From an uncultured Gemmatimonadales bacterium (GTDB taxonomy: Bacteria > Gemmatimonadota > Gemmatimonadetes > Longimicrobiales > RSA9): DNA of 64,000 bases. Positions within the stretch are counted from its first letter, which is position 1. Each line of letters begins with the position of its first letter. Location of the stretch: NCBI GenBank assembly GCA_963798085.1, contig CAWCRS010000005.1, positions 224,001 to 288,000 of the forward strand. Direction: 5' to 3'. The position numbers and the translations under genes were made by a program. Below, piece by piece: positions 37,549 through 46,969 of this stretch. A model generated the notes under the pieces. That model ran no database searches and had not been told where the DNA came from. It saw nothing but the letters and a program-made list of their open reading frames with translations.

Positions 37549-38311
37549 ATGCAACCGGTGTGGCGGCGCACATGGGCCGCGGCAATGCCCGCGCTGCTCC
37601 TCGCCCTGACAGCACCCGCACCTCGAGCGGAAGACGGCTACGAGCTGTGGCTGCGCTATCGCAGAGTCGGCGATCCGGCGCGGCTGGCGGAGTATCGCGC
37701 GGCAATCACGCATCTGATCGCAGGCGGAGGCGGCCGTGAACTACATGACGCCGCTGGGCCTCGTGCACCTCACGGGTGAAGGGCATCACTACGGTCCCGC
37801 GGCCTGGGTGTCGGCTGGACCGCGCGCCGACTGGGCCAATGTCTGCTTCCACCGCGCCGACACGCCGGGCATCGGCTTCGATCGCACGGCCGGCGGCAGC
37901 AATGCCGTGGCGCAGTACTTTCCGCCCGTGCGCGACCGCTGCGGCAACCGTGAATCGGTGCCCGATTCCCTGCTGCTGTTCTTCCATCGCGTGCGCTGGG
38001 ACGAGAAGCTGCGCTCGGGACGCACTCTCTGGGAAGAGCTGGTGCACCGCTACAACGCCGGCGTCGACAGCGTGCGCGTCCTGCAGCGCACGTGGGACGC
38101 ACTGGCGGGCCGGATCGACGAAGAGCGCTTCCGCGAGGTGCAGGCCTTCCTGCGCATCCAGGAGAAAGAGGCGCGCTGGTGGCGCGATGCGTGTGTGCTC
38201 TGCTTCCAGACGTTGTCGCGCATGCCCGTTCCACCGGGCTACGGGCCGCCCGAACACTCGCTCGAATACTACCGTTCGCTCGTCTTCCGCTACGTGCCCG
38301 GCAGTGGCTGA
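37549..38311 (+). pseudogene. aguA: Alpha-glucuronidase GH67 with a large internal deletion
   Basis: Signal peptide + AEDGYELWLRY (GH67 N-terminus) fused out of frame at ~37725 to EAAVNYMTPLGL...HYGP...GIGFDRT...LLLFFH...ARWWRDAC (GH67 C-terminus). The central catalytic region is absent. Confidence 0.88.
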
Positions 38312-38372
38312 TGCCGGCGGGCCCGTGCGCTGATAACACGATGTTCCTCACAACACGACCGGTGCCGGGACC

Positions 38373-39551
38373 ATGAATACAACGACTGCAGGCGACGCGT
38401 ACACGCCGCGTCCGGAGCATCACTTCACGTTCGGCCTCTGGACCGTGGGCAATGTCGGACGGGACCCCTTCGGCGAGGCCGTGCGTCCGCCGCTCCCGCC
38501 CGTGCGCATCGTCGAGAAGCTGGCCGGACTGGGCGCTTATGGCGTCAATCTGCACGACAACGACCTCGTCCCCGCGAGTGCCTCCGCCGCCGAGCGCGAT
38601 CGCATTGTGCGCGAATTCCGCGTGGCGCTCGACGCCACCGGCATGCGCGTGCCCATGGCGACCACGAACCTCTTCAGCGATCCCGTCTTCCGCGATGGCG
38701 CCTTCACCAGCAACGACGCCCGCGTGCGCGCCTACGCCATCCAGAAGACCATGTCCGCGATCGATCTGGGCGTAGAGCTGGGCGCGACGATCTACGTCTG
38801 CTGGGGTGGCCGCGAAGGCGCAGAAACCAACGCGGCGCGGGACCCGCGCAGTGCCATCGCATGGTACCGCGATGCCATCAACTTCCTGTGCGACTACGTG
38901 ATCGCGCAGGGGTACGACCTGAAGTTCGCACTCGAAGCCAAGCCCAACGAGCCGCGCGGCGACATCTACCTCGCCACTACCGGCCACATGCTCGCGTTCA
39001 TCCAGACACTCGATCACCCCGATCTCGTGGGCGTGAATCCCGAGGTCGCGCACGAGCAGATGGCGGGCCTCGATTTCTCACACGGCGTGGCGCAGGCGCT
39101 GGACGCGGGCAAACTCTTTCATATCGACCTGAACGGGCAGAAGCCGGGTCGCTTCGATCAGGACCTGCGCTTCGCCAGCGATGATCCCAAAGCGGCGTTC
39201 TTCCTCGTCAAGCTGCTGCGCGACGCGCAGTGGAACGGCATGCGTCACTTCAATGCGCACGCCTATCGCACTGAAGATGAAGAAGGTGTCTGGGACTTTG
39301 CGCGCGGCTGCATGCGCAGCTATCTGATCCTCGACGAGAAAGCACAGCGCTTCAACGCCGATCCCGAGATCCAGCAGTTGCTCGCAGAGATCACCGGCCG
39401 CGGCGGCGATTCCGCTCGCATCACTTTCAGCCCCGAAGGCCTGACTCGGCTGCGCCAGCAGAGCTTCGATCTGCCGGCCATGCGCGCCGCCGGCTACCGC
39501 TACGAGCGACTCGACCAGCTCACCATGGAGCTGCTGCTCGGAATCCGCTGA
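38373..39551 (+). CDS. xylA: Xylose isomerase (class I, Actinobacteria/Thermus type)
   Basis: FTFGLWTVG...[50 protein letters not shown]. Confidence 0.95.
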   Translation: MNTTTAGDAYTPRPEHHFTFGLWTVGNVGRDPFGEAVRPPLPPVRIVEKLAGLGAYGVNLHDNDLVPASASAAERDRIVREFRVALDATGMRVPMATTNLFSDPVFRDGAFTSNDARVRAYAIQKTMSAIDLGVELGATIYVCWGGREGAETNAARDPRSAIAWYRDAINFLCDYVIAQGYDLKFALEAKPNEPRGDIYLATTGHMLAFIQTLDHPDLVGVNPEVAHEQMAGLDFSHGVAQALDAGKLFHIDLNGQKPGRFDQDLRFASDDPKAAFFLVKLLRDAQWNGMRHFNAHAYRTEDEEGVWDFARGCMRSYLILDEKAQRFNADPEIQQLLAEITGRGGDSARITFSPEGLTRLRQQSFDLPAMRAAGYRYERLDQLTMELLLGIR

Positions 39552-39616
39552 GCACGGCACATCGGCGCGCGGCCGCGACGCCCATGCGTGCGGTCAGGGT
39601 CTCGTCTTGGGCGGGG

Positions 39617-39783
39617 CGGGTGACCCTCGCGCCAGGGGAGACCCGGACCGTAACCTTCGAGCCGGGTCCCGAGCACCTGCAGCATCACTTTCGCGGCATG
39701 AAGCTCGTGGTCGAGCCCGGCACGTCCAGGTCCTGGCCGGCGGCAACTCGGTCAATGTCATGTCCACGGGTCTCGAGGTGCGC
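39617..39783 (+). pseudogene. Remnant of a GH3 beta-glucosidase/xylosidase C-terminal Fn3-like domain
   Basis: RVTLAPGETRTVTF...L...MKLVVEPGT, then frameshifted QVLAGGNS; no start codon and no catalytic domains upstream. Confidence 0.75.
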
Positions 39784-39888
39784 AGCGCCGCACCGCCCGG
39801 GGCGGCAGCATCCGTGACCCTGATGATGCACCTGTGGGTGGGGGGGAGGCGTGGTGTGAGTAAAGCCGTGCACCGCGGAGAGCACGCC

Positions 39889-40608
39889 ATGAGTGACGCG
39901 TTCAGGCCCGTTACGAAACAGAGTCTTTCGGATCGTCTCGCTCGCCGCATCCGCGCTCTGATTCAGGCCGGCGAGTACCAGGAAGGCGATCGCTTGCCCG
40001 CCATCATGGAGATGGCGCGACGCTTCGGCGTCGGACACCCGACAGTGCGTGAGGCGCTGAAGAAGCTGCAGACGATGGGGATCGTCGAGATCCGCCACGG
40101 CTCCGGCGTGTACGTCACACGCGGCCATGAGGTGCTCGTCGTCGCCAGCCCGGACTACGCGGGCGCCGTGACCCGGAAACTGCTGGTCGACCTCATCGAA
40201 GCGCGCATGCCGCTCGAGGTGCTGTCCGCATCGCAGGCCGCGCTGCAGGCAACGGACGAGCACCTCACGGAAATGCGGCGTCTGCTCACGACCGCCGGCC
40301 AGAACCTCGACAACGACACCGTGCTGAACGCTGCTAACATGGCGTTCCACCGCCAGATCGCGCTGGCATCGGGCAACACCGTGCTGGCGCAGCTGCTGGA
40401 TGTGCTGCAGGACCTGTTCACCGAGGAGCAGCGTCTCATCCTGGGCATTTTCGGCTCACGCGAACGCGATCACCAGGAACATCTCGGCATTCTGGAGGCG
40501 ATCGCGCAGCACGACGAACAGCTTGTTACCGATCGCATGCACGAGCACCTGGGCGGCGTCCGCGAGGCGCTGCTGCGCTGGGACCCGGAGCATCATCCGG
40601 TTTCCTGA
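39889..40608 (+). CDS. GntR/FadR-family transcriptional regulator
   Basis: GDRLPAIMEMARRFGVGHPTVREALKKL...VEIRHGSGVYV; FCD motifs FHRQIALASGN and EHLGILEAI. Confidence 0.93.
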   Translation: MSDAFRPVTKQSLSDRLARRIRALIQAGEYQEGDRLPAIMEMARRFGVGHPTVREALKKLQTMGIVEIRHGSGVYVTRGHEVLVVASPDYAGAVTRKLLVDLIEARMPLEVLSASQAALQATDEHLTEMRRLLTTAGQNLDNDTVLNAANMAFHRQIALASGNTVLAQLLDVLQDLFTEEQRLILGIFGSRERDHQEHLGILEAIAQHDEQLVTDRMHEHLGGVREALLRWDPEHHPVS

Positions 40609-40635
40609 CTCCTGCCGGCCGCGGCACAGGCAGTC

Positions 40636-41751
40636 ATGAATGGCCGGCGCGTCCTCCGCCTTGCGGCGCGCAGCCTGCGCCTGAGCGTGCCGCTGTGCGC
40701 CTTCCTGTCGCTGGGCAATGGCTCCTGCGGCAGAAGTCCGACCGGACCCGCCATCCCGCCCGGTGACACTGCCAGCACCACGCAGACGCCGACGCTGCGC
40801 GACCTGGCCCTGCAGCGCAACCGGCGCATCGGCGCGGCAGTGGATCGACTGTTCGTGCTGCCCGAGAGCCAGGGCGGTCGCTACATGACCACGCTGGGCC
40901 GCGATTTCAATGAAGTGACGCCCGAGAACGACATGAAGCACGAGCGTCTCCAGCCCGCGCGCGGCGTGTTCCGTTTCGACCGGGCCGACTCGATCGTCGC
41001 GTATGCGGAGCGCAACGGCATGCGTGTGCGCGGACACACGCTCGTGTGGCACAGGCAGCTGGCCTCGTGGCTCACCAGCGGCAGCTGGACGCCGGAGGAA
41101 GCACGCACCCTGCTGCACGACCACATTGCGACGGTGGTGTCGCATTTCCGCGGCCAGCTGGCTGCCTGGGATGTGGTGAACGAAGCGATCGACGACGATG
41201 GGTCGCGGCGCACGACGTTCTGGTCCACGAATGTCGGACCCGACTACGTCGAGCAGGCTTTCCGCTGGGCGCACGACGCCGATCCGGACGTGCCGCTCTT
41301 CTACAACGACTACAACATCGAAGGGCTCAGCCCGAAGTCGGACTCCGTCCTGGCGATGCTCCAGGATCTGCTGCAGCGCGGCGTGCCCGTGAACGGAATC
41401 GGCTTCCAGTCGCATTTCGAAGCGGGTGGCCTGCCCTCACGCAACGCGCTCGTGCAGAACTTCGCGCGCTTTGCCGCGCTCGGTCTCCGCATCCACATCA
41501 CGGAGCTGGACATTCGCGTGCGCACGCCTGCCACTGCCGCCGACCTCGCCACACAGGCCGACGATTACGCGCTCATCACGGATGTCTGCCTGCAGACGCC
41601 CGCCTGCGAGATGATGGTGCTCTGGGGCTTCACCGACCGTGATTCGTGGATTCCGGGCACGTTCCCGGGCTGGGGCCAGGCACTCCTCTACGATGAGAAC
41701 TACGCGCCCAAATCATCGTACTGGGCCGTGTACAACCATCTCCGTTCCTGA
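40636..41751 (+). CDS. Endo-1,4-beta-xylanase GH10, probable lipoprotein
   Basis: TPENDMK, VRGHTLVWH, WDVVNEA (acid/base), LFYNDYN, GIGFQSH, IHITELDI (nucleophile), WGFTDRDSW. Confidence 0.95.
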   Translation: MNGRRVLRLAARSLRLSVPLCAFLSLGNGSCGRSPTGPAIPPGDTASTTQTPTLRDLALQRNRRIGAAVDRLFVLPESQGGRYMTTLGRDFNEVTPENDMKHERLQPARGVFRFDRADSIVAYAERNGMRVRGHTLVWHRQLASWLTSGSWTPEEARTLLHDHIATVVSHFRGQLAAWDVVNEAIDDDGSRRTTFWSTNVGPDYVEQAFRWAHDADPDVPLFYNDYNIEGLSPKSDSVLAMLQDLLQRGVPVNGIGFQSHFEAGGLPSRNALVQNFARFAALGLRIHITELDIRVRTPATAADLATQADDYALITDVCLQTPACEMMVLWGFTDRDSWIPGTFPGWGQALLYDENYAPKSSYWAVYNHLRS

Positions 41752-41787
41752 AGGCCGGAACCCCTCGAGGTCACGTCAACGCGGTAT

Positions 41788-43503
41788 TCATCGGGCCGTG
41801 TCAGGTCTGGCCGAATACGCGTACAACCCGAAGTATGCGCCCACGAAACCACCCGCGCGACGCGTGCTGAGGATCGTGCCATCCGCATCCTGCTGCAGCA
41901 TCTTCCAGTCGTCGGGATGGAGTGCGTACAGGAAGTCGTACCTGCTGCCGCGCGCGTCGATGCGCAGCCAGATCTCGCCGGTGGCGGGCAGGTCGATGGG
42001 GGTGGACGCGATGACGCCGTCGTCGGCTCCGCCGCCCGCCCGTTTCTGCAGCTGCAGTTCGGTGCGATCACCCGTGCGGGTGACGCCTAACACGTAGTTG
42101 AAGCGATCGTTCTGGAAGGCGACGAGGCCGGCCCGGTCTCCCTCCTGTTCCGGGCGGTAGCGCATGGCCACACGCACCGAGGCAAAGGCGTGCTCCTGCC
42201 GCCGGCCCAGGTACGACGGCTGGCCTCGCCCGCCTATGGAATCCGGGCGGGCGCGCAGCGTGAGCGTGCCATGGCTCAGCGCGTACCAGCGGCTGTGCGG
42301 TGTGCGGATGATGCTCCAGTCGCGAGCCAGCGCCGTATCATCGAATTCATCGCGGAAGGCAAAGTTGCCGCTGGTCGGGACCGCGGATGCCGCTGCGCGT
42401 GGCAGAGCCGGCCGTGCGTGTACGTAGGGCACCACGTCATTGCCGGTCAGCATGACCGGCCAGCCGTTCTCCCAGTGCACGGGCAGCAGGAAGGTCTCAC
42501 GGCCCGTGTTGTAGAAGTTGTCCTCGTACGGACGCGCACCCAGGAAGACGGCCCACCAGTCGCCGGCCGGTGTCTGCACGAATTCCGCGTGACCGGTCAA
42601 TGTGATGGGAAACGGCCGCGACGGATCCAGCTGCCGCTGCGTGAGAATCGGATTGTGCTCGAACGGCGTGTAGGGCCCGAGCACCGAGTCGCTGCGGAAC
42701 ACCACCTCGGAATGCTGCTCCGCCGTGCCCCCCTCCGCCGCGTACAGGTAGTAGAGGCCATTCACCCTGACAATGTGCGGTCCTTCGATCCAGATCGGCT
42801 TCTTCGACAGATCGACGCCGCCATTCACGATCAGCGTGCGCGGACCGGTCATCGCACCCGTCTTCACGTCGTACTCCTGCATCCACAGTGCGCGATGGCC
42901 CTGGTAGAGCGGCTTGCCGATGGGCGGACCGTTGTTGACCACCCAGGCGCGGCCATCATCGTCGAAGAAGAGCGAGGGATCAATGCCGTCGACCGAAGGC
43001 AGGTACACCGGGTCGGACCACGGTCCTGCCGGATCCTTCGCGGTGACGATGAAGTTGCCGCCACCGCGGATGAACGTGGTGATCAGGTAGAACGTGCTGT
43101 CGTGCCAGCTCAGCGCCGGCGCAAAGATCCCTTCCGAAATGTTCAGGCTGTCGAAGCTCATCTGCGATGGCCGCTCGATCACGTTGCCGATCTGTGTCCA
43201 GCTCACCAGGTCGCGGCTGTGGAAGATCGGAATGCCCGGCCAGTACGTGAACGACGAGTTGGCGAGGTAGTAATCGGCGCCCACGCGGACAAGGGTCGGA
43301 TCCGGATGGAAACCGGCCAGGATGGGATTCGTGTATTCGCTGTCCGCGGCGCTGTGCGTGTCGTAGACCGGGTCGTGACCCTCGTACGCGAACCAGTCGA
43401 ACTGCGGGTCGGCGCCGACGGGCGCGGCGGCCGGTCCGCGTGAGCAGGAAACTGACAGTGCGCTCAGCAGGAGCGCGGGCACACCGACGGAGTATCGTCG
43501 CAT
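41788..43503 (-). CDS. GH43 beta-xylosidase/arabinofuranosidase with C-terminal beta-sandwich, lipoprotein
   Basis: LSVS-C lipobox; NPILAGFHPDP, GIFAP, GIDPSLFFDDDG, WIEGPH, AEGGT, GHAEFV, GRETFL, GGFVG. Confidence 0.93.
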   Translation of the reverse strand: MRRYSVGVPALLLSALSVSCSRGPAAAPVGADPQFDWFAYEGHDPVYDTHSAADSEYTNPILAGFHPDPTLVRVGADYYLANSSFTYWPGIPIFHSRDLVSWTQIGNVIERPSQMSFDSLNISEGIFAPALSWHDSTFYLITTFIRGGGNFIVTAKDPAGPWSDPVYLPSVDGIDPSLFFDDDGRAWVVNNGPPIGKPLYQGHRALWMQEYDVKTGAMTGPRTLIVNGGVDLSKKPIWIEGPHIVRVNGLYYLYAAEGGTAEQHSEVVFRSDSVLGPYTPFEHNPILTQRQLDPSRPFPITLTGHAEFVQTPAGDWWAVFLGARPYEDNFYNTGRETFLLPVHWENGWPVMLTGNDVVPYVHARPALPRAAASAVPTSGNFAFRDEFDDTALARDWSIIRTPHSRWYALSHGTLTLRARPDSIGGRGQPSYLGRRQEHAFASVRVAMRYRPEQEGDRAGLVAFQNDRFNYVLGVTRTGDRTELQLQKRAGGGADDGVIASTPIDLPATGEIWLRIDARGSRYDFLYALHPDDWKMLQQDADGTILSTRRAGGFVGAYFGLYAYSARPDTAR

Positions 43504-43537
43504 ACGACCTGACCTCTGCGGGAAGCGAACGTTTGGG

Positions 43538-46462
43538 TCAGCGCACAGGACCGCGGAAGCTCTCGGGCGGACCGAGATAACTGGAGCGCATGCCGCCCAG
43601 GTCCACCACCAGCTTCTGCAGCACCACACCCGGATCCACGAGCCAGAACTTCAGCACATGCTCACCGGCCGCCGCCAGGTGATGGCGGGACGTCAGAACG
43701 CGGATGTTGTCGGCCACGGCGCGGTTCCACGTGGCCTGGGTCGTGTCCGCGGCAAGGTCGAGCGTCTGCGGCGGCTCGTCGTCGAACGCAACCGCATAGA
43801 GCAATCCGCGCGGCGCGTTGTAATCGAGTGTTGGCGAGACGTACGCGTGCACCTGCACATCGCCCGGCTGGAACACATACACCTGGTATTCGAGCCGGGG
43901 CGAAGCCCCGCCCGGCAGCAGGCGGGGCGCGGTCACCGGATACGCCGTCATGCCGGAAAGCGTACGGCCCAGATCGGGAAGGCGCACCCACTGCATGCCG
44001 GCAGTGGTGACAGCGCGCGTGAAGTGCGCCGCTTCCATCGACACGTAGCCGTTGCCCGCAACGAAACCCTGCACCCTGTCCGGCACGGGCTGCGCAGGGT
44101 TGTCGACGACGAGCAGCACCTGTACGGGGCGCGCGCTCGCACCGGTAATGGTGATCGGCACGCGCTGCTGGCCTGAGGGAACGCGCGCCCAGTCCACGCT
44201 GACACGAATGTTCGCGGTTTCGCTGCTGACGCTGCCCTGCGCCGGAGTGAGCCGAACCCACGGCTGCGCCGCGCGCGCGCGGTACTCGAAAGGCGAGCGG
44301 CCGCGATCGAAGACCTCAATGGTGCGCGTCTGCCGCCCGTAACGGTCGATCGCCGGGAGCACGGCCGCGCTGGTGTCGGCGGGCCACCACGCGTCCGCGC
44401 CCTCGATCGCGACACCCATGTCGGCTGCATCCGGCAGCTCGATCTCCTGCACTTCGGGCATGCTGTTGCGCGGCGGCTCCTGCCAGCTGCGGTAGCCAAT
44501 GTGCGTCTGGTCCATCATGTGCCGCCACTTGCCGCCGGCCAGTGTGTCGTTGTAGAAGGCGGTGATCTCTGCATCGCGTGCGAACAGCGCTTTCGCCTGC
44601 TGCGCGAGCGCGTTCGTGGCGGCGCGACCCTGACGCGCGTAGAGCCGGTTGCGCGCCACTGTCACGTACAGTCGGTTCAGATTGGCCGCGGCCTCGACCG
44701 GATGCAGCACCAGCTCGTAGTATGCGGTCCGCTGCTGTGCGCCCAGCGCGGCGCCCACGCGCCTCGCCTGCGCGACCAGTGTGTCGTATCCCGCCAGCAC
44801 GCGCGCCCCTTCGTCGTAGTGCACCAGGCTGTAGGTCTCCGGCCCCAGCAGTTCCGGCTTGCGCCGCGCCGCATACTGCAGCGTCCTCGTGATGATGCCG
44901 GCGATGTCCTGTGCGTGCCCGCGCCCGAACTGCGCGGCCGCCCAGTGCCGCGTGTACGCAGCCAGCCGGTCGGGCGGCCAGCGGTCCGGGGCCCACGCGT
45001 AGTCGAGGAAGAACGAGATGGGAAATTCCATGGGCTTGAGATCGCCCACATTCACGATCCACAGCTGCCTGACACCGAGTTCGTATCCAATGTGCAGCTG
45101 CTCCTGCACGCGCCCAATGGGGTTGGTGTCGATCCACTTGTAGTTGCGCGGCCCGCCCACGTAATCGAAATGGTAGTAGATGCCGAAGCCGCCCGGCCGC
45201 TGCGGCGCGCCCGTATCGGGAAGCCGGCGCAGGTTGCCCCAGTTGTCATCCGAGAACAGCAGGGTCACGTCCTCCGGCACGCGCATGCCGCGGTCGTAAT
45301 AATCCTGCACTTCCTTGTACAGCGCCCAGACCTGGGGCACGGTCGCCGGATCGCGGCCGGTCACGTCCCGGATGATGGCCCGCTGGTCGGCGACAATGTG
45401 CTCCAGTAACGCGATGTTGGTCGCGTCCGACATGGGCATGTCGCCATCGCCACGCATGCCAATGGTGACCAGACTCTCGTTCGCGTCCATGCGCCGGATA
45501 CCCTCGCGCCAGAACGCACGCAGTGTGCTGTCGTTGGTCTCGTAGTTCCAGGCGCCGGAGCCGTAGCGCCGCCACTCCTGTTGTGCCCGCGACATCGGCT
45601 CGTGGTGCGACGTGCCCATTACCACGCCATACTCGCTGGCCAGCTTCGCGTTCAGCGAATCGTCGTCGTAGAACGCGTTGCCCCACATCGCGGGCCAGAG
45701 GAAATTGCCGCCCAGGCGCAGGATCAGCTCGAAGACGTGCCCGTAGAATTCGTGATTGAAGCCACCGAACTTCTCGCGCGCCCAGCCGGAGAGCGCGGGC
45801 GCTTCATCATTGAGGAAGATGCCCCGGTACTTCACGGCCGGCTCGCCACGCGTATGCACGCCCGGCAGCACGAACAGATCCGCACGCCGCGCCACCGGCA
45901 CATCCGCCCACCAGTACCATGGGGAGACGCCGATCTGCGCGGACAGCGCGTACATGCCGTAGATCGTCCCTCGCCGGTCGCTGCCCGCAATGACCAGCGC
46001 GCGCCGCACGCCGGGCAGCGGAGCATCCAGGATGCGCACGACGAAGCTCTCCCACCTTCCGTCGATGGCGTGCGCGTCGAGCTTCCCGGCCGCCACCAGC
46101 CCGTCAATGAGCGGACTCGCGCCGCGCGTCCCGATCAGCACCACAGCATTCCCGGCGGGCCGGTCGTCCCGGCGCAGTTCCGGCTCGGCGCCGGTGACAC
46201 GCCCGAGATCGGCGCGCAGGTCGCCCGCCGCGCGCAGCACGCCCGCATTGTCGGAAGGGCTCACGTAGAGCGGCACCGGCCGTCCCGCGCGCGCCAGCGG
46301 AAACCGGTTCGCGGCAGGCTCGGCCACCACCCAGGCAACGTCCGCCGGAGCGGCGGGCGCCTGACCCGCAGCCGGGGCCGCCGCCATGCCCAGGGCCGCG
46401 CCAAACAGTACGTTAGCAGGCCAGCGCCGTGCACCATGACGCGGCGCCCGGGTGCCCGTCAT
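43538..46462 (-). CDS. GH115 alpha-(4-O-methyl)-glucuronidase
   Basis: IAGSDRRGTIYG, IGVSPWYWWADVP, VKYRGIFLNDE, NFLWPAMW, GTSHHEPM, GMRGDGD, DDNWGN, YYHFDYVGGPRNYKW, SYLGPPES. Confidence 0.94.
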   Translation of the reverse strand: MTGTRAPRHGARRWPANVLFGAALGMAAAPAAGQAPAAPADVAWVVAEPAANRFPLARAGRPVPLYVSPSDNAGVLRAAGDLRADLGRVTGAEPELRRDDRPAGNAVVLIGTRGASPLIDGLVAAGKLDAHAIDGRWESFVVRILDAPLPGVRRALVIAGSDRRGTIYGMYALSAQIGVSPWYWWADVPVARRADLFVLPGVHTRGEPAVKYRGIFLNDEAPALSGWAREKFGGFNHEFYGHVFELILRLGGNFLWPAMWGNAFYDDDSLNAKLASEYGVVMGTSHHEPMSRAQQEWRRYGSGAWNYETNDSTLRAFWREGIRRMDANESLVTIGMRGDGDMPMSDATNIALLEHIVADQRAIIRDVTGRDPATVPQVWALYKEVQDYYDRGMRVPEDVTLLFSDDNWGNLRRLPDTGAPQRPGGFGIYYHFDYVGGPRNYKWIDTNPIGRVQEQLHIGYELGVRQLWIVNVGDLKPMEFPISFFLDYAWAPDRWPPDRLAAYTRHWAAAQFGRGHAQDIAGIITRTLQYAARRKPELLGPETYSLVHYDEGARVLAGYDTLVAQARRVGAALGAQQRTAYYELVLHPVEAAANLNRLYVTVARNRLYARQGRAATNALAQQAKALFARDAEITAFYNDTLAGGKWRHMMDQTHIGYRSWQEPPRNSMPEVQEIELPDAADMGVAIEGADAWWPADTSAAVLPAIDRYGRQTRTIEVFDRGRSPFEYRARAAQPWVRLTPAQGSVSSETANIRVSVDWARVPSGQQRVPITITGASARPVQVLLVVDNPAQPVPDRVQGFVAGNGYVSMEAAHFTRAVTTAGMQWVRLPDLGRTLSGMTAYPVTAPRLLPGGASPRLEYQVYVFQPGDVQVHAYVSPTLDYNAPRGLLYAVAFDDEPPQTLDLAADTTQATWNRAVADNIRVLTSRHHLAAAGEHVLKFWLVDPGVVLQKLVVDLGGMRSSYLGPPESFRGPVR

Positions 46463-46880
46463 TTCGGATGGGATGAAACGAAGAGGACTCCCTGGCCGTG
46501 GTCCAGGCCCCAGCGCCGGGTCGCATCAATGCCGTTGAACCCCTGCATGCAGGCGATCATGTCCGAAGTGATCGAACACAGCGTTTCCACGCCGCCCGGC
46601 TTCGTGGTGTCCAGGCAGACCACCACATGGGTGGGCGAGTGGAAGTTGTCCGTGCCGGGTTGCTGCGCCAGTTCATGTGCAGCGCTTCCACTGCCTGGCA
46701 GGCATGGATGAAGCGAATGGCGCGGCTGGCCTCGATGGTGATGGTGTCCTGCGCGGCGCCCGGCCCGTGGGATTCCACGAGTGCGCCACACAGGTCGCGG
46801 GCGCGATCGCGAGCCGTACGAGGCCGACAACGCTGCGAGAGGGCATTGGGGCGCCGGGGTGGGGGGGCCTGGGTGACCAA

Positions 46881-46909
46881 ATCATACGATGTCTTTTCCC
46901 CCGTCGCAA
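46881..46909 (-). promoter_or_regulatory. Sigma70-type promoter facing GH115-GH43
   Basis: Minus strand TTGCGA-N17-TATGAT; overlaps the partial operator-like TCATACGATGT (46882-46892). Confidence 0.55.
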
Positions 46910-46969
46910 GCGTCGCCGGCTACACCCGCAGGCACGCGCCGCTACACCTTCGCGATCGGCCTGGGCCAA

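Noticed and set aside
39251..39255. xylA inactivated by Asn at a metal-ligand Asp (RHFN)
   Set aside because: It falls in the recurrent CAATG context, so it is more likely a systematic miscall; it cannot be claimed without reads.
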